Source: an uncultured delta proteobacterium (GTDB taxonomy: Bacteria > Myxococcota_A > UBA9160 > SMWR01). Taken from it: DNA of 64,000 nt. The number at the start of each line of letters is the position of its first letter. Position 1 is the stretch's first letter. The DNA is taken from assembly GCA_963832165.1 (NCBI GenBank), contig CAWHTE010000011.1:544001-608000 (forward strand). The letters run 5' to 3'. The position numbers and the translations under genes were made by a program. Below are positions 59,259 to 64,000 of the stretch, piece by piece. The notes beneath the pieces are model-generated. The model did not search any database, was not told where the DNA came from, and saw only the letters and a list, made by a program, of their open reading frames with translations.

Positions 59259-60198
59259 TCGGGAGCGCGTAGTACTCGAAGTCGACCAGGTTCTTCTTCA
59301 GGTACTCGCGCAGGCGCTCGACGATCCGCACCTCGAGCTGGCGCACCCGCTCGCGCGAGACGCCGAACTCCTCCCCGAGCTCCGCGAGCGTGGCGGGCTC
59401 CTCGGCGAGGATGCGGCGATCGACCAGCGTCCGATCGCGCTCGTCGAGCGTCTTCGCGAACTCCTGCACTTTGTCGAGGAATACGCGCTTGAGCTCCTTG
59501 TCGGCGACGCTCTCCTCCGCGTTCGCCTCATGGCCTTGCATGAAGTCGCCGACTTCGGCGCCAGGCTCGTCGCGCCGCACGGGCATGTTCATCGAGAGGT
59601 CGCTCTCGCGCAGGCGCATGTCCATGTCCTCGACCTCGGCCTCGGACACATCGAGCCGCTCGGCGATCAGCCGCGGCTCCACCTCGAACCCCTGGCGCTC
59701 GAGCTCGCGCTTCTCCTTGTTCAGGCGCCAGAACAGCTTCCGCTGCGCGCGCGTGGTGCCGAGCCGCACGATCCGGAAGTTGTCGAGGATGTACTGGAGG
59801 ATGTACGCGCGGATCCAATAGACGGCGTAGGTCGAGAGCTTCACGCCCTGGTAGGGGTCGTAGCGCTGCACCGCCTCGAGCAGGCCCACGTTCCCGTCCT
59901 GGATCAGGTCGAGCACGTTGGTCCACGCGCGCCGGTACTCCATCGCGATCTTCACCACGAGGCGCAGGTTCGAGAGCACGAGCCGGCGCGCGGCTTCGCG
60001 GTCGCCGTGCTCGACCCAGCGCACGGCGAGCTCGTGCTCCTCCTCGCGCGAGATCGGCGGGTGGTGGCGCAGCTCCGCCATGTAGGCGGTGAGGGAATCT
60101 GCCGGTCCGACCGCGCGATCCGCCTGCGGCGCGGGGATCGGAAGACTCGCGGCCGGGACGGCGCGACTGTCTCGCGGGTCTTCGGCCATCGGAGCCAA
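59248..60198 (-). CDS. rpoH: RNA polymerase sigma factor, sigma-32/RpoH family
   Basis: LVLSNLRLVVKIA, DLIQDGNVGL, RpoH-box-like TTRAQRKLFWRL, FGVSRERVRQLE; no region 1.1. Confidence 0.85.
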   Translation of the reverse strand: MAPMAEDPRDSRAVPAASLPIPAPQADRAVGPADSLTAYMAELRHHPPISREEEHELAVRWVEHGDREAARRLVLSNLRLVVKIAMEYRRAWTNVLDLIQDGNVGLLEAVQRYDPYQGVKLSTYAVYWIRAYILQYILDNFRIVRLGTTRAQRKLFWRLNKEKRELERQGFEVEPRLIAERLDVSEAEVEDMDMRLRESDLSMNMPVRRDEPGAEVGDFMQGHEANAEESVADKELKRVFLDKVQEFAKTLDERDRTLVDRRILAEEPATLAELGEEFGVSRERVRQLEVRIVERLREYLKKNLVDFEYYALPSDD

Positions 60199-60259
60199 CG
60201 TAGCACCCAGCCTAAGCGGGGCTTTGGCTTCGCCTCGCTGCCTGCGCGAGCGGCCCGGC

Positions 60260-60640
60260 TTACTTCTTCAGCGAGCGGATCACCGCGATCACGTTGTCGA
60301 TGTCGGCGTCGCTGAGCGTGCCGGCCCACGGCGTCATGAGCGGCGAGCCGCCGAACTCGGCCGCGCCCTTCGAGATCACACCCTTCAGATCGGCGTCCTC
60401 GCCGGTCTTGCCGTTCTTGTTCGCGTCGTACTTGAAATCACCCTTGGAGAAGTCCCGCGGGGACGGCTGAATGCCCTGCGCGCCGGGCCCGTCGCCCTTG
60501 CCCGCCGGCCCGTGACAGGTCTCGCAGATCATCTTGTACGTCTCTTTGCCCTTGGCGAGGTCGCCGGCGGCCAGCGCAGTGCTCGGCGCGATCGCGAGGG
60601 CGAGGGCAGCGGCGAAGAGCGGGAGAGAGTGTCGGCTCAT
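60260..60640 (-). CDS. Class I monoheme cytochrome c
   Basis: Signal peptide, CETCH, GKGDGP, MTPW. Confidence 0.9.
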   Translation of the reverse strand: MSRHSLPLFAAALALAIAPSTALAAGDLAKGKETYKMICETCHGPAGKGDGPGAQGIQPSPRDFSKGDFKYDANKNGKTGEDADLKGVISKGAAEFGGSPLMTPWAGTLSDADIDNVIAVIRSLKK

Positions 60641-60677
60641 GGAGCGAGGGTCTCCTGGGTGGGAATGGGCGCGGAGA

Positions 60678-62222
<1,545 letters not shown>

Positions 62223-62310
62223 CGGCTACTCCTCGGATATCTGCCGGTTCGAACGCCGCTCGGCTCCGCGCACCGCGCGAAGCGCGGCGCGCGCGGTTTC
62301 TCGGCTGCGG

Positions 62311-62339
62311 TTGAAGCCGCGGGGACCCTTACCTAGACT
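62311..62339 (+). promoter_or_regulatory. Putative promoter of tolQRA
   Basis: TTGAAG-N17-TAGACT upstream of tolQ. Confidence 0.4.
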
Positions 62340-62407
62340 CGGCCCCCGTTCAACGCAGTGAGTCATCACATGAGGTTTGTCGTCGGGACGGCAATGGGGG
62401 ACGTCTC

Positions 62408-63094
62408 GTGAGCCTCGGTGTACTCGACCTGGTCTTCCAGGCGAGCTTCATCGTGCAGCTCGTGCTTTTCGGCCTCATCATGCTGTCGGTCGTGTCGTGG
62501 GCGGTGATCGCGTACAAGATGCGCGAGCTCCGACGCGCGCAGCAAGATAGCGAGGCTTTCCTCGAGGTCTATCACGCGGGCTCGCTCGACGAGGCTTACT
62601 CGGCCGCGAAGGACCTCGACCGCAGCCCGCTCTCCGCGGTGTTCCTCGGCGCGTACAACGAGCTGCGGCGGCTCGCGCGCACGAGCGGCGGGCCCGTGAC
62701 TCTCACCGAGCCCCACCTCGTGATGCTCGCGCGCAACGTGACGTGGTCGAGCAGCCGCGAGGGGCAGCGGCTCGAGCGCGGGTTCTCGTTCCTCGCGACC
62801 ACGGGCAGCGCAGCGCCGTTCATCGGTTTGTTCGGAACCGTGGTCGGCATCATCAACGCCTTCGAGGGCATCGGGCGCGCAGGATCGGCGAGTCTCGCGG
62901 TGGTGGCGCCGGGCATCGCCGAGGCACTGATCGCCACCGCGGTCGGACTGTTCGCCGCGATTCCCGCCACGATCGCGTACAACTACTTCAGCGCGCGATT
63001 GCGCGGAATCAACATGTCGATCGATCTGTTCGCTGCCGAGTACGAGGGAGACCTGCGCCGTCTCGCCGGCGTCGCGCAGCGACAGGCGGGATAG
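62408..63094 (+). CDS. tolQ: TolQ (MotA/TolQ/ExbB family)
   Basis: FLATTGSAAPFIGLFGTV, VAPGIAEALIATA.GLFAAIPA. Confidence 0.92.
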   Translation: MSLGVLDLVFQASFIVQLVLFGLIMLSVVSWAVIAYKMRELRRAQQDSEAFLEVYHAGSLDEAYSAAKDLDRSPLSAVFLGAYNELRRLARTSGGPVTLTEPHLVMLARNVTWSSSREGQRLERGFSFLATTGSAAPFIGLFGTVVGIINAFEGIGRAGSASLAVVAPGIAEALIATAVGLFAAIPATIAYNYFSARLRGINMSIDLFAAEYEGDLRRLAGVAQRQAG

Positions 63095-63097
63095 CCC

Positions 63098-63511
63098 GTG
63101 GGCGCATCGCAATCCGGACCGGGCCGGCAGCGAGCCTTCGCCGAGATCAACGTCACGCCGTTCGTGGACGTGGTGCTCGTGCTGCTGATCATCTTCATGG
63201 TGACGGCGCCGATGATGCAGCAGGGCATCGACGTCGATCTGCCCGAGACCACGACCCAGAACCTGCGCGTGCGCAACGAGCCGTTGATCATCACCGTCAA
63301 AAAGGATGGCAGCTACTTCCTCGCGAACACGACCGTCTCCGAGAAGGAGCTCGGCGCGAAGCTGACGGCCATCCTCTCGGGCCTCGACGACAAGGGAGTG
63401 TTCCTGCGCGCGGACAAGGCCGCGGACTACGGGCACGTGGTGAAGGCACTCGCGGCGGCGCGGCTCGCGGGCGCCACCAAGCTCGGCATGGTCACCGAGC
63501 CTGAATCCTGA
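63098..63511 (+). CDS. tolR: TolR (ExbD/TolR family)
   Basis: EINVTPFVDVVLVLLIIFMVTAPM, LRADK. Confidence 0.92.
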   Translation: MGASQSGPGRQRAFAEINVTPFVDVVLVLLIIFMVTAPMMQQGIDVDLPETTTQNLRVRNEPLIITVKKDGSYFLANTTVSEKELGAKLTAILSGLDDKGVFLRADKAADYGHVVKALAAARLAGATKLGMVTEPES

Positions 63512-63549
63512 CCAGCGCGAGGTGATGTCTGGCGAGCGAAGCCGGAGAG

Positions 63550-64000
63550 GTGCCGCCTGAACGGCGTGAGTTCCGGCGCATGGTGGCCTGGTCGGCCCTG
63601 CTCCACGCGGGGGGGCTCGGGCTCGCCCTGGTATCTCCGAGCATCCGCGACCGCGAGCCGCCGACCGTGATCAGCGTCGAGCTGATCCAGCCGGCGCCGG
63701 CCTCCGCGCCGCAGGCCGCGCCCAAGCCGGCGCCTGCGCCCGCGCCGCCCGAGGCGGTTCCGGCCCCGCCGCCGCCGCCTCCGCCGCCGAAGCCGAAGCA
63801 GATCGTGCTGCCCGAGAAGCCGCAGGCGCCCAAGCCCGCCGACAAGCCCAAGCCGAAGCCCCGCGAGAAGGAGGTCTTCAAGGAGCCTCCCAAGAAGCAG
63901 GAGAAGGACCTGGACGCAGCTGCTGGCCGAGATGCGCGGCTCCGAGGCGAAGGCCCCGCCTGCGCCGCCCGCTCCCGCGGAAGCCCCCGTGGACACCGCA
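63550..64000 (+). CDS. TolA/TonB-like protein, truncated by the window end
   Basis: TM with SxxxH (WSALLHA) followed by a Pro/Lys-rich linker; follows tolQR; start approximate. Confidence 0.75.
   Translation, partial: MPPERREFRRMVAWSALLHAGGLGLALVSPSIRDREPPTVISVELIQPAPASAPQAAPKPAPAPAPPEAVPAPPPPPPPPKPKQIVLPEKPQAPKPADKPKPKPREKEVFKEPPKKQEKDLDAAAGRDARLRGEGPACAARSRGSPRGHR

Overview
High-GC bacterial chromosomal segment, densely coding. Gene content and order suggest a Myxococcota/Deltaproteobacteria-like organism (inference). About 66 protein-coding genes are supported. Left part: a Cys-type cytochrome c maturation cluster (ccmE-ccmF-accessory-ccmA-ccmB), an aminotransferase-engB pair, a RoxA/RoxB-like rubber-oxygenase homologue with an extra third CxxCH domain, an F420 biosynthesis cluster (cofD-cofC-cofE plus a SnoaL-like gene), and an envelope cluster (beta-propeller/TolC-like-repeat protein, lamin-tail PEP-CTERM protein, methyltransferase, DUF2339, DUF3999). 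Middle: ftsE-ftsX-envC-ctpA-xseA-xseB-ispA-tlyA, erpA/iscA-iscS-cysC, TPR and LolB-like lipoproteins, an Opp/Dpp ABC transporter, a PP2C phosphatase and a GldA/F/G-DUF4340 ABC module. Right: suhB-tatD-holB, bactofilin, a Lys-rich protein, a moaD-moaE fusion, moaB, an rpoH-type sigma factor, pepA and tolQ-tolR-tolA. A family of short GTAG/GNA-hairpin REP-like repeats sits at gene junctions. About a dozen genes, some normally essential, carry single-base indels, most consistent with long-read assembly errors. No tRNA, rRNA, CRISPR array, transposase or phage gene was recognised. Best novelty candidates: the three-heme Rox-like enzyme, the single-repeat TolC-like/propeller gene coupled to a PEP-CTERM gene, and the F420 cluster. 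All assignments come from motif recognition by eye; no database searches were run.
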